A stretch of DNA of 64,000 nucleotides, from contig CAVRCI010000001.1 in NCBI GenBank assembly GCA_963719495.1, positions 288,001 through 352,000 on the forward strand, given 5' to 3'. This document shows positions 10,080 to 18,797 of the stretch, piece after piece (positions within the stretch are counted from its first letter, which is position 1; every line of letters begins with the position of its first letter). This stretch comes from an uncultured Verrucomicrobiae bacterium (GTDB lineage: Bacteria > Verrucomicrobiota > Verrucomicrobiia > Chthoniobacterales > JAATET01). Below the pieces are notes generated by a model. The model was not told the origin of the DNA and searched no databases. It saw only the letters and a list, made by a program, of their open reading frames with translations. A program made the translations under genes and the position numbers.

Positions 10080-13000
10080 ATGCGGCCGCTCACCCTTTTC
10101 CTCGCCTTCGTCGCCGCCGTCACCACCACCCTCGGCGTCGCCTGGCTCCAACAACCCCAAACCAGCGGCGAGCTCGTCGGCCACGCCGCGAAGATCCGCT
10201 ACTTCTTCGACCTCATCCTGGCCGACGGCCACGTCCCCGCCTGGCTCCCCGGCTACCTCACCGGCTCCCCCACCGCCACGCTCCTCAGCTTCGCTCTCGC
10301 GATTCCCGTCTACCTACCCGGCATCCTCATTGCCGGCCCGGTCGTCGGCATGAAAATCACTGGCCTCCTCCTCCTCGCCGCCGGGGGCTTCGCCGCGTTC
10401 CTCCTGGGTCGCCGAATCAGCGGCAACGGCTGGACCGGATTTGCCGTCGGCACCATCTACCTGCTCGCCCCGCAGGTCCTCCTCCGCCTCGGCTGGCAGG
10501 AGCACATGACCATCGTCGTCACCTACCCGCTCGTTCCCCTCGCGTTCTGGTCCCTCCTCCGCATCGCCGACCGCGGCACCCCGTTCGATTCGATCCTCTT
10601 CGCCACCATCTTCTCCGCCACGCTCCTAGCCTGGAGCAAAATGGGCGCAACGATGGTCATCCCGCTCGCGATCTTCAGCACCTGGCTCTTCGTAACGCGG
10701 CCAGCTGACCGCGCGAAATTACTTCACGCCCTCCTCTGGGTCATCCCCGCCGTCGTCATCCTCGGCGTCCTCGCGCTCATCCCCCTCCTCCGCGAACGCG
10801 CCTACATGGCCGTCTTCGAACTCGAACCCTTCGACGCGTGGCAGGCCCAATATTCCGTAAAAACGGCCACCTCCTGGTTCGACCGCGGCGGAGTCCTCTT
10901 CCGCTCACTCCCCCCAGCCTTCGGCATCGACCGAGGAGCCTACTACCTCGGCCTCCTCGGCCTGGCCGCCGTCGCAACGCACCTCACGCTGAATTGGAAG
11001 CCAAGACCAATCCGAAATCCGAAATCCGAAATCCGAAATCTCCCCCCCTTCCTGGCAATCGCCTTAACCACCCTCTGGCTCTCCTTCGGCCCCCGGTCCG
11101 TTTGGCAGGCCAACTCCGCGTTCCTCGGATCGGCCATGCGCCTCGACGACCTCGTCATCCCGCTCCACTGGCTCGCCTTCGCCGCCCCCGCAATCGTCAT
11201 CTGGTGGCTCTGCCAGCGCACATTTCGCATTCCGCATTGGCCATTTCTCATTCTCACCCTAACCTACTACTTCGTCCCCGGCTTCCGCCTCGTCGAGATC
11301 CTGCCGGTCTATCAGGACCTCCGGGCTCCCGACTCGTTCTTCATTCTCAACACCACCCTCGCGTGGTCCGTCTGCGTCGGCGTCGCAACGACCGGACTCC
11401 TCGCCCGCATCAACCGACCCGCGATCCGCATCGCCGCCGCCGCGGGAGCTCTCGCGTTCGTCGTTTGGGATTCGTCCATTTACGCCCGCTGGTTTTTCCG
11501 CAGCGACCTCGCGCCGTCCGCAATCGCGAATTATTCGGAAGCCGCCGCGAAGCTGGCCGCCGGCACCGGCAAAATCTTCCCGCTCTCCGGGCGCTACTTC
11601 TACCTCGATCTCCCGACCACCGCCGACCGCCCCGTCGCCATCGAAGCGCTCAACCGCTACCTCATGCCGCGCTACGCCTCGCGCCTGCAGGTGGCCTCGC
11701 GCCTTTCCGCCGCCGACCTGCTCGCCTACCTCCGCCTCGCGGGCATCACCGATCTCCTCCTCGACAAAAACGACCCCACCATCCCCGACAACTACAAGAC
11801 CTGGGTCCGAACCCTCCTCCCCGTCACCTACGAAAATCCGGACTTCGCCATCCTCCACAACCCCAACGCGCTCCACCCCGCCTTCGCCGCCACCCAGATC
11901 GTTCCCGCCGCCCCCGACCTCCAAGAGACCACCGACGCCCTCCAGCAAAGCCAGGACTCGATCCTGACCGTCGCCGGAATCGACGGCCCGGCCGGAACGC
12001 CAAGCCATTTCGAAGCGGTCGCCGTCACCGCCCCGGATTCCGACACCCGCGAGATCACCCTCCGCGGCCAAGCCGAATGGATCGTCCTCGACGAAGCCTG
12101 GCACCCCGACTGGCACGCCGAAATCGATGGCGAGGCCACCCCCGTCCACCGCGCCGCCGGAGCCTTCCCCGCCGCCCAAGTCGCGGCGGCAGACCAGACC
12201 CTCACCTTCATTTTCCAGCCTCCCGCCTGGTATCCGCTCACCCTCGGCACCTCCGCAGCCGCCTGGCTAGCCGCCCTCGCGTTCCTCATCACCGCCCCAA
12301 AACGCCTCCGAACCCCCGCGACCACCCATCCACCAATCACCATTCACCAATCACCAATCACCAACCCAATCACCCTCCTCCCCACCTACAACGAAGCCGC
12401 CAACGTCACCCCGATCGTCACCGAAATTCTCGCCGCCGACCCGCGACTCACGGTCCTCGTGATCGACGACGCCTCCCCCGACGGCACCGCCGATCAGGTC
12501 CGCGCCCACCCCTCCTTCGGAACCCGCGTCCACCTCCTCGCCCGCCCCGCCAAGCTCGGCCTCGGCTCCGCCTACCGCGAAGGCTTCCAGTGGGCCATCG
12601 ACCACGGCCACGACGCCGCCCTCGAGATGGACGCCGATCATTCCCACGACCCCACCGACGTCCCACGACTCCTCGCCGCCCTCGACGCCGGAGCCGACGC
12701 CGCCATCGGCAGCCGATACCTCGACGGCACCCGCGTTGTGAATTGGCCCCGCCACCGCCTCGCCCTCAGCACCTTCGCCACCAATTACACCCGCGCCCTC
12801 ACCGGCCTCCCGCTCACCGACGCCACCAGCGGATTCAAAGCCCTCCGCACCACCGCCCTCCGATCCATCCCCCGCGAGACCCTGCGCGCCGACGGCTACG
12901 GTTTCCAAATCGAACTCCACTGGCTGCTCTGGAAAACCGGGCACCACCTCGTCGAACTCCCGATCACCTTCACCGAGCGCCGAGCCGGCCAAACCAAAAT

Positions 13001-13082
13001 GACCCCCGCCATCGCCATCGAAGCCGCCATCCTCGTCCTCCGCCTCGCCTTCCGCCACCGGGAGTCGACGCGGCCCAGTTGA
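10080..13082 (+). CDS. Polytopic membrane protein (YfhO/GT-C-like) fused to a C-terminal polyprenol-phosphate-mannose synthase (GT2, Ppm1/DPM1-like)
   Basis: Many TM helices in the first ~740 aa with a YfhO-like tail (VLDEAWHPDWHAEIDG); C-terminal LPTYNEAANV, IDDASPDGT, KLGLGSAYREGF, MDADHSH, DATSGF, GYGFQIE. Confidence 0.8.
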   Translation: MRPLTLFLAFVAAVTTTLGVAWLQQPQTSGELVGHAAKIRYFFDLILADGHVPAWLPGYLTGSPTATLLSFALAIPVYLPGILIAGPVVGMKITGLLLLAAGGFAAFLLGRRISGNGWTGFAVGTIYLLAPQVLLRLGWQEHMTIVVTYPLVPLAFWSLLRIADRGTPFDSILFATIFSATLLAWSKMGATMVIPLAIFSTWLFVTRPADRAKLLHALLWVIPAVVILGVLALIPLLRERAYMAVFELEPFDAWQAQYSVKTATSWFDRGGVLFRSLPPAFGIDRGAYYLGLLGLAAVATHLTLNWKPRPIRNPKSEIRNLPPFLAIALTTLWLSFGPRSVWQANSAFLGSAMRLDDLVIPLHWLAFAAPAIVIWWLCQRTFRIPHWPFLILTLTYYFVPGFRLVEILPVYQDLRAPDSFFILNTTLAWSVCVGVATTGLLARINRPAIRIAAAAGALAFVVWDSSIYARWFFRSDLAPSAIANYSEAAAKLAAGTGKIFPLSGRYFYLDLPTTADRPVAIEALNRYLMPRYASRLQVASRLSAADLLAYLRLAGITDLLLDKNDPTIPDNYKTWVRTLLPVTYENPDFAILHNPNALHPAFAATQIVPAAPDLQETTDALQQSQDSILTVAGIDGPAGTPSHFEAVAVTAPDSDTREITLRGQAEWIVLDEAWHPDWHAEIDGEATPVHRAAGAFPAAQVAAADQTLTFIFQPPAWYPLTLGTSAAAWLAALAFLITAPKRLRTPATTHPPITIHQSPITNPITLLPTYNEAANVTPIVTEILAADPRLTVLVIDDASPDGTADQVRAHPSFGTRVHLLARPAKLGLGSAYREGFQWAIDHGHDAALEMDADHSHDPTDVPRLLAALDAGADAAIGSRYLDGTRVVNWPRHRLALSTFATNYTRALTGLPLTDATSGFKALRTTALRSIPRETLRADGYGFQIELHWLLWKTGHHLVELPITFTERRAGQTKMTPAIAIEAAILVLRLAFRHRESTRPS

Positions 13083-13114
13083 CAGATTTATAGATTGCTG
13101 CGAGACATATTTCT

Positions 13115-13375
13115 GTGAAAACCACGCTGGATCTCGACGACGACCTGCACGCGCGGGCCAAATCCTTCGCCGCGCGACAACGGATCCCGCTCACGCGCTT
13201 GATCGAACAAGCGCTCACGGATCGGCTCGACGGAATCAACCCAGCCGACTCCGCCACCCCGATCGAAGTGCCGACTTTCCGCCTGGGACTCAAAAGAAAA
13301 TTCAAATCCGCGAATCTCAATCACCTTGCCGCCGAACTCGGAGACGAGGCCACGCTCAGCCGGCGACGTTCGTGA
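13115..13375 (+). CDS. vapB: VapB-type antitoxin (ribbon-helix-helix)
   Basis: MKTTLDLDDDLHARAKSFAA N-terminus; overlaps the PIN toxin start. Confidence 0.8.
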   Translation: MKTTLDLDDDLHARAKSFAARQRIPLTRLIEQALTDRLDGINPADSATPIEVPTFRLGLKRKFKSANLNHLAAELGDEATLSRRRS

Positions 13376-13803
13376 TCCTTCCCGACGTCAATTTGCTCAT
13401 CTACGCTCACGACGAGGATTCCCACTGGCACGCCCGCGCCCGCGAATGGTGGAGCGGCTTGCTCAATGGCCGCGAGCCAGTCGGCATTCCGTGGATGGTC
13501 AGCGTTGGTTTCTTGCGGCTGATCACGCACCCAGAGCTCTCCAAGGATCCGTGTTCACCCGATCAAGCCGCCGCGATTCTGAAAGTTTGGTTTTCGACGC
13601 GGCACGTTCGCCCCCTTGCTCCCGGCCGCGATCACTACCGCCATTTTCAAACCTTGTTCACATCGCAATCCGTCACCGGCAACTTGATCAACGACGCCCA
13701 CATCGCCGCCATCGCGCTCGAGCACGAAGCCTGCATCCACTCGAACGACACCGACTTCGCGCGCTTCCCCGGCGTCCAATTCCACAACCCGCTCGCGGCT
13801 TGA
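13372..13803 (+). CDS. vapC: VapC PIN-domain ribonuclease toxin
   Basis: MILPDVNLLIYA, GNLINDAHIAAIALEH, SNDTDFARF. Confidence 0.92.
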   Translation: MILPDVNLLIYAHDEDSHWHARAREWWSGLLNGREPVGIPWMVSVGFLRLITHPELSKDPCSPDQAAAILKVWFSTRHVRPLAPGRDHYRHFQTLFTSQSVTGNLINDAHIAAIALEHEACIHSNDTDFARFPGVQFHNPLAA

Positions 13804-13814
13804 ATCCCCCCCAA

Positions 13815-13847
13815 CTGTCATGTTGAGCGAAGCGAAACATCTCTGGC
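13815..13847 (+). repeat. Family-A REP-like element
   Basis: ctgtcatgttgagcgaagcgaaacatctctggc. Confidence 0.85.
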
Positions 13848-13866
13848 TGACACTCTCACCGCACCA

Positions 13867-16704
13867 GTGACCTCCAATTCCCCCAAGCCCGAACCGACCC
13901 GGACGCGCCTCTTCACCCGCCCCGACTGGATCACCGGCCTCATCGCCGCGATCCTCTCGTTCGCGGTCTACGCGTGGACCGCGGCCCCGAGCGTCACCCT
14001 CCTCGACTCCGGCGAATTCATCCTCGCCGCGCAGAGCTTCGGCGTCCCCCACCCGACCGGCTACCCGCTCTGGACCCTCCTCGCGTGGCTCTTCCAACTC
14101 CTCCCCCTCGGCAACGCCGCGTGGGAAATCACGCTCCTGAGCGCCATCTTCGGCGGGCTCGCCGTCGGCCTCGCCGCCACGCTCATTCGAAACGCGGGCG
14201 CCTGGTGCTTTCCGGCCCTCGCGACCGCCGCCCCCCGCCTCGTCACCTCGCTCGCGATCTCCGGCGCGCTCACCTTCGCGTTCAGCCTCTCGATGTGGTC
14301 GCAGGCCACCATCGTCGAGGTTTACACGCTCCACGCCCTCCTCATCGGGCTCTACCTCACGGCCCTCTACGCGTGGATCCGCCGCCCCACCAGTGAGACC
14401 ACGATTTACTGGGTCTTCTTCACGTTCAGCCTCGCCTTCAGCAATCACCAGCTCACCCTCGCGCTCGCCCCCCTGCCATTCCTCGTCGTCCTCGTTCTCC
14501 GCCGGGACCTCCTCTGGGACCTCGGTGTCGCGGTCGCCGTGAGCACGCTCATCGCCTACCTCGCCTTCGCGCTCTTCACCGACAACCCGGTCGTCATCAA
14601 AGCGGCCATCCGGCTCAGCTACCTCGTCATCACCATCCTCGCGGTCACGCTCGTCGTCCGCCGCTTCCGCCTCCGCTGGAAGCTCATCGCCTTCCTGCCG
14701 CTCGCCATCCTCCTCGGCCTCCTACCCTACGCCTACCTCCCCGTCGCCTCGGCCACGAATCCGCCGATGAACTGGGGTTACACCCGCACCGCCGACGGTT
14801 TCTTCGCCTCGTTCAACCGCTCCCAATACCGCGGCACGCTCTCCGACCAAAGCCTCCGCCTGCTCGGAAAGATCGTCGGCGTCTCCGAGCTTGCCCCAGC
14901 CGCCCCCCCAGCCGCCGCCGCGCGTCCCGTCTCCGCCACCAAACGCGAGATCCAATCCTGGCCCCGCTTCTTCTCGGCAAAATTACTCGACTCGTTCTCG
15001 CCGCTCGCCGTCCTCCTCCTCGCCGCCGCCCTCCTCGCCGCCCTCCGCCAATCCTGGCCGCGCCGCTGCTGGACCCTTGTCCTCCTCGCCGGATTCGGCC
15101 TCTCGGCCTTTCTCCAACCCGCCCTCGACGTCGCCCGCACCGACGTCGCCGGCTGGTGGGTGCAGATGCCCTACCACGCCCACACCAACCTCTTCTTCGC
15201 CGCCCTCTGCGCCCTCGGACTCTTCGAAATCGCCGACCTCCTCCGCCGCGCCCGCGCCTCCCACCGCCTCGCCTGGGCCGGCGTCCTCATCCCGATCTGG
15301 CCGCTCGTCGCCAACCACTCGGTCGCCAGTCAGCGCCACAATTGGCTCGGCTACGACTACGGCCACGAAATGCTGAACGACCTCCCGCCCGGCAGCGTCA
15401 TCCTCGGCGGCACCGACCCCGGTCGCTTCATCCCGACCTACTTCGCCCTCGGCGAAAGCCCCCAGCCGCCCGGCGTCAAACGCGACCCCGACTTCGACCG
15501 CCGCGACCTCTTCGTTCTCACCCAGAACGGCTTCGCCGACCGCCACTACCTCGCCTACGTCCGCGACCAATACACCACCGACCGCCCCGCCCCCGCCAAC
15601 GCCTTCGAACGCTGGCTCGGCCGCGCGACCGCCTACCCCACCGACACCCTCGTCCTCCCCACCCTCGACGAAGTCCGCCAAATCCTCGGCGACGCCTCCG
15701 CCGCCCTCCAGACCCGCCAACCGCCGCCCACACCGGGCGAAATCGCCGAATATTCCCAGGGCGAAATCGTCCGCTGGATCTTCGAACGCAACAAAACCGA
15801 CCACCCCTTCTTCGTCGAGGAAAGCTACCCGCTCCGCTGGAGCTACCCGCACGCCGTCCCCGAGGGCCTCGTCTACCGCATCGCCCCGGAGCCACTCGCC
15901 AGCCTCCCGCGCGAAGTCATCGCGGCGGACACCGCATTCTGGCGCGAAAAAACCGCCACCCTCCTCGCCGATCCGACGTTTCAGCGCGATTTCGACGCCC
16001 ACCGAGCCTTCTCGAAGCTCCGCACCACCGGCGGCAACCTCTACGAATTCCGTCAGCTCCTCCCGGAGGCCACCGCCGCCTACCGACAATCCCTCGCGCT
16101 CAACCCCATCAGCATCGAGGCCCTCCGCGGCCTCACTCGCGTCCTCTGGGCTCAAGGCAACTACGACGAACCCGTCACCCTCCTGGACCAGGCCATCCCG
16201 CTCGACCCCAACAACGAACAACTCCGCGCCGACCACGAAACCGCCACCCGCCGCCGCGACGTCGAACGCGAAATCGACGCCGCCGAAGCCACTTTCGCCG
16301 CCACCCCCGACTCCCTGCCGACCGTCGAGAAACTCATCACCCTCCACTCCCGCGTCGGCGACGCCCCGCGAGTCGCCGCCGTCCTCGCGGAAGCCGACCA
16401 GACTTTCGGCGACGACCCCGCCTTCCTCCTCCTCGCCATCCGCGTCGCCGAGGCGACCAGCGACTGGCCAGCCTCGATCCGCTACGGCCTCCGCCGCACC
16501 GCCGCGGCCCCGAACGACCCCGATGCCTTCTACCGGCTCGGCCGCGCCCAATACGCCGCCGGCCAGCCAACGGCGGTCGCATCCCTCCTGCGCGCCATCG
16601 AACTCGGCGGCCAGAAATACCGCCAACAGCTCTACCAAGACCCGGTCTTTGCAAACTCCGGTGGAGACCAGACCCTCGCCCCCCTCTTCCAAGAAGAGCG
16701 ATGA
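13867..16704 (+). CDS. DUF2723/TMEM260-like membrane glycosyltransferase with C-terminal TPR repeats
   Basis: APSVTLLDSGEFILAAQSFGVPHPTGYPLW motif, EVYTLH, PPMNWG, GGTDPGRF; TPR-like helical repeats in the last ~250 aa. Confidence 0.85.
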   Translation: MTSNSPKPEPTRTRLFTRPDWITGLIAAILSFAVYAWTAAPSVTLLDSGEFILAAQSFGVPHPTGYPLWTLLAWLFQLLPLGNAAWEITLLSAIFGGLAVGLAATLIRNAGAWCFPALATAAPRLVTSLAISGALTFAFSLSMWSQATIVEVYTLHALLIGLYLTALYAWIRRPTSETTIYWVFFTFSLAFSNHQLTLALAPLPFLVVLVLRRDLLWDLGVAVAVSTLIAYLAFALFTDNPVVIKAAIRLSYLVITILAVTLVVRRFRLRWKLIAFLPLAILLGLLPYAYLPVASATNPPMNWGYTRTADGFFASFNRSQYRGTLSDQSLRLLGKIVGVSELAPAAPPAAAARPVSATKREIQSWPRFFSAKLLDSFSPLAVLLLAAALLAALRQSWPRRCWTLVLLAGFGLSAFLQPALDVARTDVAGWWVQMPYHAHTNLFFAALCALGLFEIADLLRRARASHRLAWAGVLIPIWPLVANHSVASQRHNWLGYDYGHEMLNDLPPGSVILGGTDPGRFIPTYFALGESPQPPGVKRDPDFDRRDLFVLTQNGFADRHYLAYVRDQYTTDRPAPANAFERWLGRATAYPTDTLVLPTLDEVRQILGDASAALQTRQPPPTPGEIAEYSQGEIVRWIFERNKTDHPFFVEESYPLRWSYPHAVPEGLVYRIAPEPLASLPREVIAADTAFWREKTATLLADPTFQRDFDAHRAFSKLRTTGGNLYEFRQLLPEATAAYRQSLALNPISIEALRGLTRVLWAQGNYDEPVTLLDQAIPLDPNNEQLRADHETATRRRDVEREIDAAEATFAATPDSLPTVEKLITLHSRVGDAPRVAAVLAEADQTFGDDPAFLLLAIRVAEATSDWPASIRYGLRRTAAAPNDPDAFYRLGRAQYAAGQPTAVASLLRAIELGGQKYRQQLYQDPVFANSGGDQTLAPLFQEER

Positions 16705-16932
16705 CATCGACGGAGTCGGACCCATCACCTCCCTCGGCGTCAGCCGGAGCCATCGTCGAGATCAGGTAGGGAGGCCGCGCCGTCGGCTTCCGTGACATTC
16801 ATCCAGCGCGCACGAACCCCGCCCAGCGCTCCGTCCTGCCACGCGTTCGGGGGAGTTGCGGTCACTGGACCGCCACGACACCCCGCCGCACGGCGAATGC
16901 CCGAAGCGCGGACCAGGAAAAACCCGGGGCCG

Positions 16933-16975
16933 AAAAAAAATGTAGGCCGCCGCGACGAATGCCACGACGGCCTAC
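16933..16975 (-). terminator. Rho-independent terminator
   Basis: Minus strand GTAGGCCGTCGTGGC-ATTC-GTCGCGGCGGCCTAC (15-bp stem including G-U pairs), then one A and T8. Confidence 0.8.
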
Positions 16976-17064
16976 TGTTCCCCCCAGAACATGTTTGGAA
17001 GTAATCAGCGATTTGCTCCGCTGACAACAAAAATATCACATCCGGGTCATTTTTCTTTCACGAG

Positions 17065-17496
17065 TTACTTCGCCGCGTCGCGCAGCGCCTTGATCTGGTC
17101 GTGGGCGACCTGGATCTTCGCCGTGATCTCGCCGACCACGGTCTCGATGCTGCCGGGCAGTGTTTCCTCGGAAGCCTTCCGAAAGGCTTTCAACGCGTGA
17201 TCCTCGCCCCGCTCGCACTCCGCGAGGATCGCGTGATCGTCGCCGGAAGTCAGCGCCGCCTTCAGATCAATCCACCCACGGTGCAAAGCACTGGTGATGC
17301 TCGATTTATCCGCGCTCGGATCGGCCGACGCCGAGGTGACCATCTGGTCGACCATCAGCTTCCGCTCGGAAGCGAATTCCGCGAGAGTAGCTTTCAGACT
17401 CGGGTCCTTGGCACCTTCGGCGGCGTTGGTGAATCCCTCCACTCCGTCACGAAGCGTTTGGAGGAGGTCGTTGACTGTATTTAGTGTGTCGCTCAT
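17065..17496 (-). CDS. PA2169-family (DUF2383) ferritin-like four-helix protein
   Basis: LQTLRDGVEGF, ALHRGWIDLKAAL, ILAECERGEDHA. Confidence 0.85.
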   Translation of the reverse strand: MSDTLNTVNDLLQTLRDGVEGFTNAAEGAKDPSLKATLAEFASERKLMVDQMVTSASADPSADKSSITSALHRGWIDLKAALTSGDDHAILAECERGEDHALKAFRKASEETLPGSIETVVGEITAKIQVAHDQIKALRDAAK

Positions 17497-17606
17497 AGAC
17501 CCAATATACGAATGCTTTGGCTCCTCCGGTTGGTCAGCCAACCGAATAATTTCGCCGAAGCGGTCCTTTGCAAGGGCCCGCCCGGATGCTACTCGTCTCC
17601 CCGCAC

Positions 17607-18611
17607 ATGAAGATTCGTTGCCTCCTTCCGCTCCTGGGCCTCCTCGTGATCGCGGACTCCATCCCAGCGCAGACCTACACCCGCTCCGAAGCGTTCAGCG
17701 AGCCACCAAAAAACTGGCTCCCCAGCCGCGCGAACCCACTCTTCGGCTTCGTCACCCCAAGCCCGATTGGCCCGAACGGAGCGGCGGGTGGGATCTTTCA
17801 GCCCACGACCTTTTTCAACTACTACGGCGATCTCTTCCTCAACGGCACCCTCGGCCGCGACCAAACCCTCACCGCCAGCGGAGAAGTTCTCATCAACAAC
17901 ACGAGCGGCACCCCGCCCTACGTGACCACGGTCTACGTCGGCCACTTCGCCCAATCGGCCAGCCCTTTCGTTCAGGTGCTCGGCTTCGCGATCTCTGGGG
18001 CCGAGGGCAATTCCGTCACCGTCTGCGCGATCATTCAGTTCGCCGACGGAGCCGCCTTCGTCGGCAAGCCGATCAGCGTAAGCGTCAATCCCAACCGCGT
18101 CCTCAACTGGTCCTACGACTGGAATCCGACCGGAGGACCCAAGGGAGTCGGCCAGCTCAGCGTCCGCGTCGGGACTCGAAGGGCCTTCGTGAATCTCGAC
18201 AAAACGTCGGATGGCTCCGACTTTGCCCTCGACAGTTTCGGCCTCTTCCAGCCCGCTTTCACGCTTCCAGATTCGCGCAGCTTCCTCGAATTTTTCGTCG
18301 ACGATCTCAGCTACACCGCCTTCGTCGGCCGCCCCCCCACCCTCCGCATCCGCGGACCAAAGGTCCTCCAAACCAACGACCGCTCGATCACGATCCGGGG
18401 CACATCCAAGGTCGCCCGCGGCAACGAGATCACCCGGGTCCGCTATCAGCTCGTCCGCGACGGTAGAACCTCCCGATTTCGCACCGCCAAAGGCACGCGC
18501 CAGTGGAAATTCACCGCCAACGTCCCCCGCGGAGCGTCGAGCGTCAAAATCACCGCCCGCAGCGACGACGGAGCCACCACGACCAAACGCCAAAAAATCC
18601 GCCGCAACTAA
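17607..18611 (+). CDS. Secreted hypothetical protein with a basic C-terminal Ig-like domain
   Basis: Signal peptide MKIRCLLPLLGLLVIADSIPA; beta-rich body; codon use like the host. Confidence 0.7.
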   Translation: MKIRCLLPLLGLLVIADSIPAQTYTRSEAFSEPPKNWLPSRANPLFGFVTPSPIGPNGAAGGIFQPTTFFNYYGDLFLNGTLGRDQTLTASGEVLINNTSGTPPYVTTVYVGHFAQSASPFVQVLGFAISGAEGNSVTVCAIIQFADGAAFVGKPISVSVNPNRVLNWSYDWNPTGGPKGVGQLSVRVGTRRAFVNLDKTSDGSDFALDSFGLFQPAFTLPDSRSFLEFFVDDLSYTAFVGRPPTLRIRGPKVLQTNDRSITIRGTSKVARGNEITRVRYQLVRDGRTSRFRTAKGTRQWKFTANVPRGASSVKITARSDDGATTTKRQKIRRN

Positions 18612-18625
18612 AAAGCACGCTACTT

Positions 18626-18745
18626 CAAGGAGCGGCACCTTCCAGGTGCCGGAGCCCGGCAATCCCGGCAAAGCCGGAGAGCCGCTTACCTCAAGGAGCG
18701 GCGACCTCCCGCTCGCCGAACCCACCCAATCCGGCGAAGCCGGAC
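18626..18745 (+). repeat. Cluster of REP-like palindromes (CAAGGAG-CGGC...GCCG, family B)
   Basis: caaggagcggcaccttccaggtgccg (18626) and caaggagcggcgacctcccgctcgccg (18692), plus ccggcaaagccgg/ccggcgaagccgg hairpins. Confidence 0.8.
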
Positions 18746-18797
18746 ACTTCCATTCACCGAGCGCCCGGAAGCCAGAAACCCCGCCGTCCAGCCAAGG

